Part shown: positions 8,377-18,171 of the stretch, in pieces
Layout: every line of letters starts with the position of its first letter
How positions within the stretch are numbered: the first letter of the stretch is position 1
Source of the DNA: a candidate division WOR-3 bacterium
GTDB lineage: Bacteria; Hydrothermota; Tepidihabitantia; Tepidihabitantales; Tepidihabitantaceae
Reading direction: 5' to 3'
Assembly (NCBI GenBank): GCA_965649295.1
Contig: CBFGKH010000001.1
Location: forward strand, 256,001 to 320,000
DNA: 64,000 nucleotides
Notes under the pieces: generated by a model
What the model was told of the DNA's origin: nothing
Database searches by the model: none
The model's input: the letters and a program-made list of their open reading frames with translations, nothing else
Position numbers and translations under genes: made by a program

Positions 8377-10761
8377 GTGTCCGACACCAAGGTTCTCGCA
8401 CTGGCAGCCTTCTGCTGCCTGCTTTTCACCACCGCGGCATTCGCCGTGGCGCCCTTTGCCAAGTCACAACCAGTTACCAAGTTCGGCAGCGACGCCATCA
8501 CAATTCCCAGAATCCTCTCCTATCAGGGCAAGCTGACCGATACCTTAGGCGTGCCGGTGGCAGACACGCTCCACTGGGTACGGTTCCGGCTCTATACCCA
8601 ACCGTCGGGCGGCACTCCGTTCTGGGATGAGGAGGTCCAGAACGTGCGCACCAGGGCTGGGCTGTTCTCGGTGCTGCTTGGGTCGGTTGAACCTCTCAGT
8701 GCACTGCCCGATGGTGGTGAGGTGTATCTGGGAATGGCGGTTGACGGTGGAGCCGAGCTACTGCCCAGGCTACGGATAGCCAGCGCCGCGTATGCGTTTC
8801 TTTGTGAGCGGGCAGCGAACGCTGACCTGCTGCAGGGCCGGGACACGGCTGCGCTTGATGGTCGGTATGTGAACGAAGGCCAAGCAAACGCAGTCAGCTC
8901 AGCGATGATTACTGACGGCACGATCGCGGCTAGTGACCTTGGGCAGATGGGCGCTACTGTAGGTCAGGTAATGAAGTGGACTGGCAGCGTCTGGGAGCCA
9001 CGAAACGACAGCGTCGGCGTCTCTGGTGGTGGCACGGTAACAAGCATTGGTCAGGGGACAGGCGTGGTCTGCACGCCCAATCCGATCACGACCACGGGCA
9101 CGGTTGGGTTCGACCAGACCTATGGTGATGGACGGTATGTGAACGAAGGTCAGGCTGCGGCCGGTGACCTGGCCGGCACCTATCCGAACCCAACACTCGC
9201 CACCAGCGGCGTCACTGCCGGCACCTATGGCAGCGCGACTCAGGTGCCGCAAGTGACGTTTGATGCTAAGGGCCGGGCGACAGCGGCGGCGAACGTCACG
9301 ATTGCGGGCGTGGCTCCGGGCGGGACTGCCGGCGGCGACCTGACCGGCACCTATCCCAACCCAACCGTGGCCAACAATGCTATCACATCGGCCAAGATAC
9401 AGGATGGTCAGATAGCCACGTCAGACCTCAACGCAACCTCTTTCTCAGCCTGGGATCAGAACGCGGCGAACGACATCACCAACACCACTGCGGCTGGCGG
9501 CGACCTGACCGGCACTTATCCCAGCCCGACACTCGCCACCAGCGGCGTCACTGCCGGCACCTATGGCAGCGCGACTCAGGTGCCGCAAGTGACGTTTGAT
9601 GCTAAGGGCCGGGCGACAGCGGCGGCGAACGTCACGATTGCGGGCGTGGCTCCGGGCGGGACTGCCGGTGGCGACCTGGCCGGCACATACCCCAATCCGA
9701 CCGTGGATGGGCTGCAGGGACGCACCGTGTTGGCGACTGCGCCCGCGACCAACCAGAAGCTCGGGTGGAACGGCAGCGCGTGGGGCCCCACCGACGAGGC
9801 TTGGGTGCGCGTCGGCACGGACAGCGTGCTCTACACCGTGAGGCAAGTCGGCATCGCTCGCGGCGGGTCGTTCAACATATTGAACGGGACACAAACCTTC
9901 ACCCAGACGAACCTGGGCGCCTATCAGTGCACAACCGGTGTTGCCGGCACGAGCTACAACTATCAGACTGTGAGTGGCGGCTGTCGCTGTGTTGCCGAAT
10001 CAACGGGCGCAACGGTTGGCGGCGGAATGGTAAACGAGGCCCGTGGGCAGTATGCGACTGTCGGTGGCGGGTTCGACTGTATCGCGAAGGGGTCGTACTG
10101 CACTATCAGCGGTGGGTATGACAACACGGCAAATTCCGTGGGTGCCACAATCGGCGGCGGGGCCATCAACACCGCGAGCGGACCCTACTCCACAGTCCCG
10201 GGTGGTGCGCAAAACGCGGCTCGCGGTCGGTACAGCTTTGCAGTCGGATTTTTTGCCAAGTCTAATCACGCCGGCTCGTTTGTCTGGAGCGATTCTTCGG
10301 ATCGTTATTATGACTCTGTTTACACCACCGACGCAAACCAGTTCCGGGTCCGGGCTCGGGGCGGGACGTGGTTCTTCAGTAACGCGGGTATGACGACCGG
10401 TGCTTATCTGGCACCAGGCTCCAACTCATGGGCCTCAGCCTGTGACAGTGCCACGAAAGAAGACTTCCGTGACGTGGATAAACAGGAGCTGTTGCGGACG
10501 GTTGCTGGGCTACGGGTGCGAAACTACAAGCTGAAAGACCAGAATGACGGCACGCGACACATTGGTCCCGTGGCCCAGGATTTCCACGCGGCATTTGGCG
10601 TGGGCGAGGACAGTAAGAGCATCAACTTGGCCGATGCCGACGGCGTACTCCTGGCCGCAGTCCAAGCGCTCTATGAGCAGAATCAGCAACTGTTCGACCA
10701 GAATCAGGAGTTGCGGGCTGAGCTCGACGCCTTGAAGGCCGAGCTGGTTGCAAGAAAGTGA
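8377..10761 (+). CDS. secreted tail-fibre-like protein with C-terminal intramolecular chaperone (peptidase S74) domain and coiled coil
   Basis: AAGGAGG RBS; signal peptide; IPRILSYQGKLTD...GLFSVLLGS N-domain; GGDLxGTYPNP repeats; ATVGGG..N.A repeats; HIGPVAQDFHAAFG...LLAAVQAL. Confidence 0.85.
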   Translation: MSDTKVLALAAFCCLLFTTAAFAVAPFAKSQPVTKFGSDAITIPRILSYQGKLTDTLGVPVADTLHWVRFRLYTQPSGGTPFWDEEVQNVRTRAGLFSVLLGSVEPLSALPDGGEVYLGMAVDGGAELLPRLRIASAAYAFLCERAANADLLQGRDTAALDGRYVNEGQANAVSSAMITDGTIAASDLGQMGATVGQVMKWTGSVWEPRNDSVGVSGGGTVTSIGQGTGVVCTPNPITTTGTVGFDQTYGDGRYVNEGQAAAGDLAGTYPNPTLATSGVTAGTYGSATQVPQVTFDAKGRATAAANVTIAGVAPGGTAGGDLTGTYPNPTVANNAITSAKIQDGQIATSDLNATSFSAWDQNAANDITNTTAAGGDLTGTYPSPTLATSGVTAGTYGSATQVPQVTFDAKGRATAAANVTIAGVAPGGTAGGDLAGTYPNPTVDGLQGRTVLATAPATNQKLGWNGSAWGPTDEAWVRVGTDSVLYTVRQVGIARGGSFNILNGTQTFTQTNLGAYQCTTGVAGTSYNYQTVSGGCRCVAESTGATVGGGMVNEARGQYATVGGGFDCIAKGSYCTISGGYDNTANSVGATIGGGAINTASGPYSTVPGGAQNAARGRYSFAVGFFAKSNHAGSFVWSDSSDRYYDSVYTTDANQFRVRARGGTWFFSNAGMTTGAYLAPGSNSWASACDSATKEDFRDVDKQELLRTVAGLRVRNYKLKDQNDGTRHIGPVAQDFHAAFGVGEDSKSINLADADGVLLAAVQALYEQNQQLFDQNQELRAELDALKAELVARK
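9193..9668 (+). repeat. exact 140-bp intragenic direct repeat (9193-9332 and 9529-9668)
   Basis: Copies are identical base by base and 336 bp (112 codons) apart; encode TLATSGVTAGTYGSATQVPQVTFDAKGRATAAANVTIAGVAPGGTAG. Confidence 0.95.
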
Positions 10762-10770
10762 GGCAGAGCT

Positions 10771-11328
10771 GTGAAGACGAATCTTGTTGCGCTGTTGTGT
10801 GGTCTTGGTGCCCTGGGTCTGCTTGGCAGTAACGCTGCTCGTGTCCAACCCTATCGCTGTGACTGGAGCGTGAACGGGATTGGAGGCGGAGAGATGAGTT
10901 CGACCGCGTACAAGTGCGGCTCCAGCGCTGGCCAGACCGCAGTTGGGCTGGCGACAACATCGGGTCTGCAGGTGTTTGCCGGGTTCTGGCTGCCCGACTA
11001 CGGCGTCGGTATCCAGGAACCGAGTGACACCAGAGTCGGCAACGTGGCTCTGGTCACGCGGCTGGAACGGGCCGCGCCGAATCCGGCCCGACGAATCGTT
11101 ACGATTCGCTACACCCTTGCTCTTGACCAGAAGGTGTCACTCGCAGTTTGTGACCTGACCGGTCGGGTGGTGCGCGAGCTTCTCGGGTCGAGCGTCAATC
11201 GAGGCGAGCACACCGTTGTCTGGGACGGCTGTGATGGCAGTGGCCATCTGCTGCCGGCCGGCGTCTATCTCCTGCGGTTCGCTGCCGGCGACTACAGGAC
11301 AACGCAGAAGCTCATTCTGCAGCGGTAA
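10771..11328 (+). CDS. small secreted protein with Gly-rich N-motif and FlgD-Ig/T9SS-like C-terminal domain
   Basis: Signal peptide; WSVNGIGGGEMSS...GSSAGQ...AGFW; PNPA, DLTGRVVR, WDGCDGSG, GVYLL, QKLILQR. Confidence 0.8.
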   Translation: MKTNLVALLCGLGALGLLGSNAARVQPYRCDWSVNGIGGGEMSSTAYKCGSSAGQTAVGLATTSGLQVFAGFWLPDYGVGIQEPSDTRVGNVALVTRLERAAPNPARRIVTIRYTLALDQKVSLAVCDLTGRVVRELLGSSVNRGEHTVVWDGCDGSGHLLPAGVYLLRFAAGDYRTTQKLILQR

Positions 11329-11521
11329 CCGGACGCAGTTCTCAGGATTCTCGGCGGGGCGCAATGCCCAGCCGAGCCGCTGTTTGCCCCACAGCCATCA
11401 TCAAGTTATACGCACGAGTGAACGGCCATGAGCACAAGAAGTTCTGACCGCCAGCTTGCACCCTTTTCAAGGTGCAGAACTAATAGTGGCCGACAGGTCC
11501 TAAATCATTACTTTGCAATCG

Positions 11522-11798
11522 CATAGCCAGCTCCTCGTAAGCTACCCTCCCCCATCCCCGGGACTACCCCCAACAGTCTCTCCTGAACTCCTGCCCCTGC
11601 TCTCCTCCGAACCCGTTGCCAGCGAGCCATCGTCAGTGTGACCGTAGCTACTTTCAAGCCGGTTACCAAATCAGCTATCGGCAGAGTTCTGAACTGAGCT
11701 ACCAATATTGCTCTTGCTTGGACTCCGGACGCCCCTACCGGTTGTCTCGGCGGATGAGCCAGCAACGGTGCTGACAGGCCACCTTGCCGCCGCATCTG
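11522..11798. repeat. degenerate 12-bp periodic tract A
   Basis: In-phase units, e.g. ACCAAATCAGCT / ATCGGCAGAGTT / CTGAACTGAGCT / ACCAATATTGCT / CTTGCTTGGACT / CCGGACGCCCCT (11665-11736). Confidence 0.6.
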
Positions 11799-11985
11799 CT
11801 AAAACCCCCTGCTTGCTCCCTTTACGGTTGCTTCATGTTTGGCATCCTACTGCGAAATGAACCTGCCACCCGTTGTCTGCATCTTCTGGCCGCCCAGCTG
11901 CCGTACGGGCTCAGCGGATGACCAGACTGCAACCGCTCTACTGTCGCACTTCCCATCAGCCAATTCCGGCTTATACTTCTCGCAA

Positions 11986-12705
11986 GTGGCTGCATGCCTT
12001 GTCCGTGACCTTGTCCGCGACTACGGAACGTTGCGGGCACTTGCCGGCATCTCATTTTCGATTCGCCCCGGCGAGATCTTCGGCCTCATCGGCCCGAACG
12101 GCTCAGGCAAAACCACTACCCTGCGCATCATCGCTACGCTGTTGCAGCCGACCGCGGGCAGCGTTGAGGTCCTCGGCCACGATGTCACCAAAGAACCCGG
12201 CCATGTTCGCCGCCTCCTTGCCTACCTACCGGAGGATGCCGGCGCCTATCGCAACCTCACCGGCCGCGACTACCTGCGCTTCATGGCCACGTTCTACTCT
12301 AAGGACAACGCCGGCCGCGATACGCTTGTTGCCCGGGCTGAGCAAATCTGCGGCCTCGGCAACCGACTGCGCGACAAGGTCAAGACCTATTCCAAGGGCA
12401 TGACGCGCAAGCTGCTCCTTGCCCGCGCCCTGATGACTGAACCCAAACTGGCGATTCTTGACGAGCCGACTTCTGGCCTTGATGTCGGCAACTCAATGGA
12501 GGTCCGCAACCGGATTAAGGAATTCGCCGCTCAGGGCACGACTGTCCTGCTTTCGTCCCATAACATGCTTGAGGTGGAGTTCCTCTCCGACCGAGTGGCG
12601 CTGATTCGCGCCGGCCGGATAATCGAAACCGGCACGCCTGCCGAGCTCAAGGCCCGCTACAACTGCCGCAATCTCGAAGAGGTCTTTCTCCAGCTTGACC
12701 GCTAG
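11986..12705 (+). CDS. ABC exporter ATP-binding protein (NatA-like)
   Basis: Walker A GPNGSGKTT, signature YSKGM, Walker B ILDEPTSGLD, SSH. Start moved to GTG 11986 behind TTCCCA-N16-TATACT. Confidence 0.9.
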   Translation: MAACLVRDLVRDYGTLRALAGISFSIRPGEIFGLIGPNGSGKTTTLRIIATLLQPTAGSVEVLGHDVTKEPGHVRRLLAYLPEDAGAYRNLTGRDYLRFMATFYSKDNAGRDTLVARAEQICGLGNRLRDKVKTYSKGMTRKLLLARALMTEPKLAILDEPTSGLDVGNSMEVRNRIKEFAAQGTTVLLSSHNMLEVEFLSDRVALIRAGRIIETGTPAELKARYNCRNLEEVFLQLDR

Positions 12706-12711
12706 CTACTG

Positions 12712-13989
12712 ATGCGCACGATTCTAAACATCGTCCAGAAAGAGGCCCGCGAGCTGCTCACTCCCCAGATGCTCGTGCCCTTTGTGGCGATGATGTTCAT
12801 CTTTCTCGTCATTGGCCGGGTGCTGCGGTCCGAGTTCGCTCGCTCATCCCAGCCCCAGACCGTGCTCGTCTGCGATCTCGACCAGACCAGCCTCTCTGCT
12901 CAGATTCGAGACGACCTGGCGGGCAACCAGCTTGCACCGGTCCTGTTCAGCGGCCCGACCGACTCAGCTTTGGCTCAGGCCCAGACCGCCGGCATCAACT
13001 GGGTGATTGTCATTCCGCCGGGTACGGCCGATTCGGTTGCTCGCCTGCGACCCGCACCCATCGAGGTCTATAACATCATCCGCGGGTTCTCGATCGCCCG
13101 CACCATGCGCCAGCTTCAGCTCAAAACTGTCTTCGAGCAGCTCAACGGGCACATCACCTTGTCTCGACTCCAACAACAGTTTCCTGCTGCCGATTCAGCG
13201 CTCCTCCTCTCACCACTCACGCTGCGTGAGTTTTTGCTCGTCAAAGGCCGACTCGCGGCTGGCAGCGCTGCCATGCTCGAAGGCCTGGTCTTCTCCCAGA
13301 CATTTCTCGTGCCGATCGTCCTGATGATGATCATCATCTACTCCAGCCAGATGATTGCTGCATCAATCGGTCAGGAGAAAGAGAACAAGACCCTCGAAAC
13401 CCTGCTCACCGTCCCCATCAACCGCACTAGCATTGTTATTGGCAAGATGCTCGGCGCGTCGCTCGTTGCTGTGGTTATTGCTGCCCTGTTCATGGTCGCA
13501 ATGACCTACTACATGGGCTCCTTCACCAGTTCGATGCCGTCATCCGGAATGGCCCCACCGGCAATACTTGCCAGCCTCGATATTGGCCTCACCCTGAAGT
13601 CGTTCGCCCTGGTTGCGGTCGCCCTGCTCCTCGCTGTGATTGCCGCACTCTCGCTCGCCACCCTGCTTGCCGCCTTTGCCGATGATGCCAAGAGCGCCCA
13701 GATGACCACCACGCCACTGATGATGCTTGTCACCTTGCCTTATCTTTTCACCATCTTTCTCGACCTCGAGGCTGCATCGCTGCCGGTCAAGATACTTGTC
13801 TATGCCCTGCCTTTCTCCTATCCGTTTCTCACGCCGCGGGCAGTTGCCTTTGGCCAGTATGGCATTGTCTTGGCCGGTTTTGTCTATCTCGCAGCCTTCG
13901 CCCTGGTCTGCATCGTGATTGCCGCCCGGATTTTCGCTACTGACCGGATTCTGACCGCCAAGCTCCGCTTCCGCCGCTCCCAGCGCTAG
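12712..13989 (+). CDS. ABC-2 type exporter permease (NatB-like)
   Basis: N-terminal TM, extracytoplasmic loop, EKENKTLETLLTVP...GK motif, several C-terminal TMs. Confidence 0.88.
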   Translation: MRTILNIVQKEARELLTPQMLVPFVAMMFIFLVIGRVLRSEFARSSQPQTVLVCDLDQTSLSAQIRDDLAGNQLAPVLFSGPTDSALAQAQTAGINWVIVIPPGTADSVARLRPAPIEVYNIIRGFSIARTMRQLQLKTVFEQLNGHITLSRLQQQFPAADSALLLSPLTLREFLLVKGRLAAGSAAMLEGLVFSQTFLVPIVLMMIIIYSSQMIAASIGQEKENKTLETLLTVPINRTSIVIGKMLGASLVAVVIAALFMVAMTYYMGSFTSSMPSSGMAPPAILASLDIGLTLKSFALVAVALLLAVIAALSLATLLAAFADDAKSAQMTTTPLMMLVTLPYLFTIFLDLEAASLPVKILVYALPFSYPFLTPRAVAFGQYGIVLAGFVYLAAFALVCIVIAARIFATDRILTAKLRFRRSQR

Positions 13990-13998
13990 GAAGACACC

Positions 13999-14421
13999 AT
14001 GTCAGTTCGCGAGACTGTCGAGGCCCGCTGCCCGGCCTGCGGTGAGGAATCAACCGTCACGGTCTGGCGCGCCATCAATGCCACGCTCGACCCTGATGCC
14101 CGCGAGCTGCTCCTTGCCGGCAGTGTCAACGTCTTCACCTGCCCCAAGTGCCGTTACGAATCCTTGCTCGACATTGACCTGCTCTATCATGACATGGAGC
14201 GCAAGTTCGCAGTGCAGTACTATCCGTTCGAACGCCTCGCTGACGACAGTTTCCTGGCCGCCTTCGACAGCACCGGCCGACTGCTGCGGCCCGAATACGA
14301 ACTGCCCGAGGCTGCCGAATATCTGCTCCGGCCGCACATCGTCTTCGAGCTGGGTGAACTGGTGCGCTACGTCGCCTTTCGCGAGCGGCTGCACGAGCTT
14401 GCCCAGCCCAGACCGGACTAA
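13999..14421 (+). CDS. CpXC-domain zinc-binding protein
   Basis: CPAC...FTCPKC...LLYHD pattern. Confidence 0.8.
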   Translation: MSVRETVEARCPACGEESTVTVWRAINATLDPDARELLLAGSVNVFTCPKCRYESLLDIDLLYHDMERKFAVQYYPFERLADDSFLAAFDSTGRLLRPEYELPEAAEYLLRPHIVFELGELVRYVAFRERLHELAQPRPD

Positions 14422-14433
14422 CAGTTACCACCC

Positions 14434-14470
14434 AAAACGAGGCGAGGCCCGCCGGCCTCGCCTCTGATTT
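14434..14470. terminator. probable bidirectional intrinsic terminator between convergent genes
   Basis: AAAAC-GAGGCGAGGCC-CGCC-GGCCTCGCCTC-TGATTT. Confidence 0.7.
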
Positions 14471-14484
14471 CGAGCTTGCCTGAA

Positions 14485-17388
14485 TTAGCGCACGAGCACG
14501 AGCTTCTGGAGTTCGCTCGACAGGTTCGTATCCAGCTGCACAAAGTACAGCCCGGCCCGGAGTCCATCAAGCGCAACCTGCCGATCTTGACCGTCAAGCT
14601 GTGCCTTCAACACCTCGCGGCCGGTCAGGTCAAACACCCGCATCATTCCGCTGCCCAGGTTCGCCGGCAAGTCCAGCACTGACCGCTTGTATGGACTCGG
14701 CAGCCGGAACTTCTCGCTCACTACCGATCGCTGGCCCTCAGCCATACCGATGTAGGGCGGATAGTAGTAGAGTACGGTTGTGTTCGGCGCTGGCAGGTGA
14801 TTGGCAGGGTTACCATTGAAGCAGTACTGATGGTACCAGTTACCCGCACCAGTCATACCCTGTATTCCGAGCGTACTTGAGTTCACAGCATCGGGCAGGG
14901 TCTGGTAGTTACACCTTATCCGACCAGAGTTATCAAGAATCACCTGCCCGGTGAAGGTACCGGTTCCTGAATACGGCGGAACATTAACCCAGGCAAAAAC
15001 CGTATAGTTGTTGGCCGGGCTGTTGTACTGATAGACTGCGCCACCGCGGCCAGGATGCAGGTCATCCCAGTAGAGACCGATGAAGTTGGTGATATTGGCT
15101 GCTGGCAACGCCGTGTTGCTGTAGGATGTAGCTGTGCTGGTTTGGAGGAACCCATTAGTGCAGATATTAATGCTGGTTAGGTCCTGACCATAGTAGCGGA
15201 ATGTGAACGGCAGCGCACAGGTCGCATAGCCGTCGTCACTTGAACCCTGCCAGGTCGTTATCTGGGTTCCACCGGTCGGATCAATCCAGTTGTAGGTGAC
15301 AGTGTCACCTTCCTGGGTTGACTCGTAGATATAGCCGAAGCCGTCCGGGTCTGACCCGCGTCGGCACATCGCTCGACCGGCGAGCGTGTCATTGCTCGGA
15401 TTCTCGTCGCCGGCCAGCATTGTCCAGGCGGTTGTAATGAAGACATCGCCGATGTTTGGCCGCAACGAGCCGATGGCAATATCAGCAGTCGCCGCCGGTG
15501 CCAGCCCGGTCACCGTCGCCTCACCCTCAAACCGGTTGGCACCAAGCAATGAATCATACACCTGGAACCGGACATTGAAGGTCTCGGTATTGGCTCCCAG
15601 ATTGACTACTCGCACAGCGAAGTGAGCTGAGTCGCCCGGCCGCACCCGACCGACTGGCGAAACCGACTGCACTGCCACATCATGCTGCAGCGGCGCGAAC
15701 CCAACCGCTGCCACGTCGTCAATCATCCAGCCATTGTTTACGACTGAACCGTCGCTCGTGAACCGCCAACGCAGCATAAACCCGGTGCCGCTGTTGACCG
15801 GAATCTTGAACAAAGCCAGCACCCACTGCCCCGGTCCGGCACCGGTATAGCCGCGGCCGCCGTTGGTATAGACCGTGTCGTCATAAGGCGCACTGTATTC
15901 GAGCCACGGGGTGATAATCGGCCAAGTCATGCCACCATCGGTCGAGATGCGCAAGTTGCCGCCGTCAAAGCGCGTCTCGGTCTGATACCAGTGCCAGAAG
16001 GCCACGACCGGCGTATCAACGTTCGCGGTGTAGCTGGGAGTTGTCAGTCGCCAATCGAGGCTGTTTGGATACTGGCCGGCCAGTGGCGCTCCCCAGACCT
16101 TGCTGCCAGAATGCGCACCGGGCCGCGGTGTCTGAGGCTCGCCCCATTGCCAGCCCGGCGCTGGCGAACCGGAAGCGACAAACCCAGCATCGCTGCTTTC
16201 GAAGTCATAAACAATGTCAGCAATCATCGCGAGCGAAGTCCTAAAGTCGTTGCTAGCCACTTCGTCGCCAGCCAGCATCGTGCTGCAGCGGGCAGTGAAC
16301 ACACCACCGCCAGCCGGCACCCAGTCGTCAAAGGTGACCGTCATCGTCTCGCCGACACCAAGCCCAGGCACCATGGCAGTTGAAACGTAGCCACCGGTTA
16401 TCTCCATTCGGACTTCGAACGACCCGACTGCCGCCGTGCCGAAGTTCTTGACTAGCGCGGCTGGCGTCACTGGGTTGCCAGCATTGAGAAACCCCACTGG
16501 CGCCAGTAGTGCGGCAACACCAACATCGTTCGCCGGTGGTATCACCCGGAAGCAGAAGACCGAATCAAACGGGTCGCTCTGGGCCAAGGCTAAGAGGAAC
16601 GTGTCGCCCCGCCACATCTCGCAACCGCCGTGAACCGGTCCGAGCTCCGGCATCACCATCGTGTCAACGACTGTCCAGGACGGATAGTCATAAAGTATCA
16701 CCTCGCCCGAGTTATCAGCCGTTGTCGCGAACGCCCGGTTATGAGTAAGATCAATCGCCATCCCATAGATGGCATAAGGCGGAACCGGCGCCACCTGCCG
16801 CGACCCAGTTCCATTCGTTGCGAACTTCACCACCGGGCTGTTTGTGAAGTTGGCGCTATACAGCGAATCGCCATCGAACGCCATTGCCCTTACCACGCTC
16901 GGGGTCGTGCTGCCGGAAACCGTGTAGCTAGCGATTAGCGCATGAGTCGTGGCGTCAATCTTGTCCAGACGATTGCCGTCTGAACCGGCATAGACGACAT
17001 CCTCAACCGGGTCATAGGTCATGTCCCGGTATCCCCACTCAGTCGTCACCGCCTGCTGAAACGAATCTACCAGCGTAAGAGTCCGCGCGTCGAAGATGAA
17101 TATCCAGTTCGGGTCGGTTGTCGCCGAGCGCCCGCCCGAAGAAACCCAGATGAGCGTCTCCTGCACTGCGGTGACGCCCAGCGAGAGAATGTTGTTGGTA
17201 CTGAACCGCCACTCGACCGTGTATGGCCATGCATCGCGACTGCGATTAGGTTCACGCAATACGCTGGCCGCATCGGTAGTTGAAGGGTTGATGGACGCTG
17301 GCTGTTTCTTTGCCAGCTCTTTGGTGGCTGCTGGACCGGCCCAGAGAGTCGCCGCCAGCAGCATTAGCGCGATCACTGTGGTACGCAT
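14485..17388 (-). CDS. large secreted protein: YVTN-like propeller, CARDB, MAM/cleaved-adhesin-like domain, T9SS-like C-terminal domain
   Basis: AAGGAGG RBS before ATG 17388; signal peptide; NDVGVAALLAP; WQWGEP...GWMIDDV; PDGFGY module; tail VFDLTGR...GLYFV...QKLVLVR. Confidence 0.8.
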   Translation of the reverse strand: MRTTVIALMLLAATLWAGPAATKELAKKQPASINPSTTDAASVLREPNRSRDAWPYTVEWRFSTNNILSLGVTAVQETLIWVSSGGRSATTDPNWIFIFDARTLTLVDSFQQAVTTEWGYRDMTYDPVEDVVYAGSDGNRLDKIDATTHALIASYTVSGSTTPSVVRAMAFDGDSLYSANFTNSPVVKFATNGTGSRQVAPVPPYAIYGMAIDLTHNRAFATTADNSGEVILYDYPSWTVVDTMVMPELGPVHGGCEMWRGDTFLLALAQSDPFDSVFCFRVIPPANDVGVAALLAPVGFLNAGNPVTPAALVKNFGTAAVGSFEVRMEITGGYVSTAMVPGLGVGETMTVTFDDWVPAGGGVFTARCSTMLAGDEVASNDFRTSLAMIADIVYDFESSDAGFVASGSPAPGWQWGEPQTPRPGAHSGSKVWGAPLAGQYPNSLDWRLTTPSYTANVDTPVVAFWHWYQTETRFDGGNLRISTDGGMTWPIITPWLEYSAPYDDTVYTNGGRGYTGAGPGQWVLALFKIPVNSGTGFMLRWRFTSDGSVVNNGWMIDDVAAVGFAPLQHDVAVQSVSPVGRVRPGDSAHFAVRVVNLGANTETFNVRFQVYDSLLGANRFEGEATVTGLAPAATADIAIGSLRPNIGDVFITTAWTMLAGDENPSNDTLAGRAMCRRGSDPDGFGYIYESTQEGDTVTYNWIDPTGGTQITTWQGSSDDGYATCALPFTFRYYGQDLTSINICTNGFLQTSTATSYSNTALPAANITNFIGLYWDDLHPGRGGAVYQYNSPANNYTVFAWVNVPPYSGTGTFTGQVILDNSGRIRCNYQTLPDAVNSSTLGIQGMTGAGNWYHQYCFNGNPANHLPAPNTTVLYYYPPYIGMAEGQRSVVSEKFRLPSPYKRSVLDLPANLGSGMMRVFDLTGREVLKAQLDGQDRQVALDGLRAGLYFVQLDTNLSSELQKLVLVR

Positions 17389-17517
17389 ACAGACACCTCC
17401 TTGGAACTTCCTGCAGGTGCGACAGCATACCATCACTGGCCTACTTGTAAAGTCCCTTGACACAAATCATTACCGGCAGCAGGACAGGCTGCCACCGACA
17501 ATTCTTTCGACTGCTGC

Positions 17518-17877
17518 CTATTCGAGCCAGACCTCGATGTGCTGACCTTTCTCCGTGTCCTCGATATCAACAATCTTGCCCGTGATCCCACGCTCCAGGG
17601 CCTCGGACACCGCCTGCATATCAATCTCGTGTTCATCAATCTTGGCCTTGGCTGACTCCGGAGCCAACTTCATGGCCCAGCGCACCAAACCAACCGGCAC
17701 GGTGATGTTCACCTTCGGCCGGGCACCATCCTGTTCGGTCACCCGCACCTTGACAAAACGATTGACCTGCCCTCCGCCTTCGCTGCGCCTGATAGCATCG
17801 AGCAGACGGGCTGCTTCCTCAGCCGTGATCTTCTTCTCCTCAAGCAGCTTGAGGATACGATCCTGTTCAGCACTCAC
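17518..17877 (-). CDS. SHOCT-like domain protein
   Basis: EQDRILKLLEEKKITAEEAARLLDA; KVNITVPVGL; GKIVDI. Confidence 0.75.
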   Translation of the reverse strand: MSAEQDRILKLLEEKKITAEEAARLLDAIRRSEGGGQVNRFVKVRVTEQDGARPKVNITVPVGLVRWAMKLAPESAKAKIDEHEIDMQAVSEALERGITGKIVDIEDTEKGQHIEVWLE

Positions 17878-18131
17878 TTTGCCCTCCGAATTTGATTGAT
17901 GGCCTTTTCAACGTCAATCTTGCCAGCTTCGAGATCCGAGATGATCTGCGACCGGGACCGACCCTGCCGTATCTGCCGCCTGATCCTTCGCCAGATAAGC
18001 ACGACGCCGGCCGCGACAACAAGCAGCGGCCAGTCTCGTCGAAACTCCATATACGGTACGCCCAACGCCGAAAGCCAGATCCACAACCCGACGACAACCA
18101 TGAATATTCCCCAGCCGAGCAACCGCTTCAT
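17874..18131 (-). CDS. LiaF/LiaI-like (DUF5668-type) small membrane protein with SHOCT-like tail
   Basis: Two TMs with DWPLLVV; C-terminal LEAGKIDVEKA. Confidence 0.65.
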   Translation of the reverse strand: MKRLLGWGIFMVVVGLWIWLSALGVPYMEFRRDWPLLVVAAGVVLIWRRIRRQIRQGRSRSQIISDLEAGKIDVEKAINQIRRAK

Positions 18132-18171
18132 CGCTCACCTCCTGACAACGACCAACAGTGCCGCTGCTGGC

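Noticed and set aside
9193..9668. Duplication as a DGR template/variable repeat pair
   Set aside because: Copies are identical with no adenine-specific mismatches, both lie within one ORF, and no reverse transcriptase is present.
8377..10761. Prophage remnant
   Set aside because: The protein has a signal peptide and its own promoter, and no phage genes are nearby.
11839..11985. Upstream-extended starts in the ORF track (also 1365, 17463, 25385, 31706, 36727, 38637, 43975, 55618)
   Set aside because: The extensions run through promoters, RBSs or neighbouring genes; downstream starts match family N-termini.
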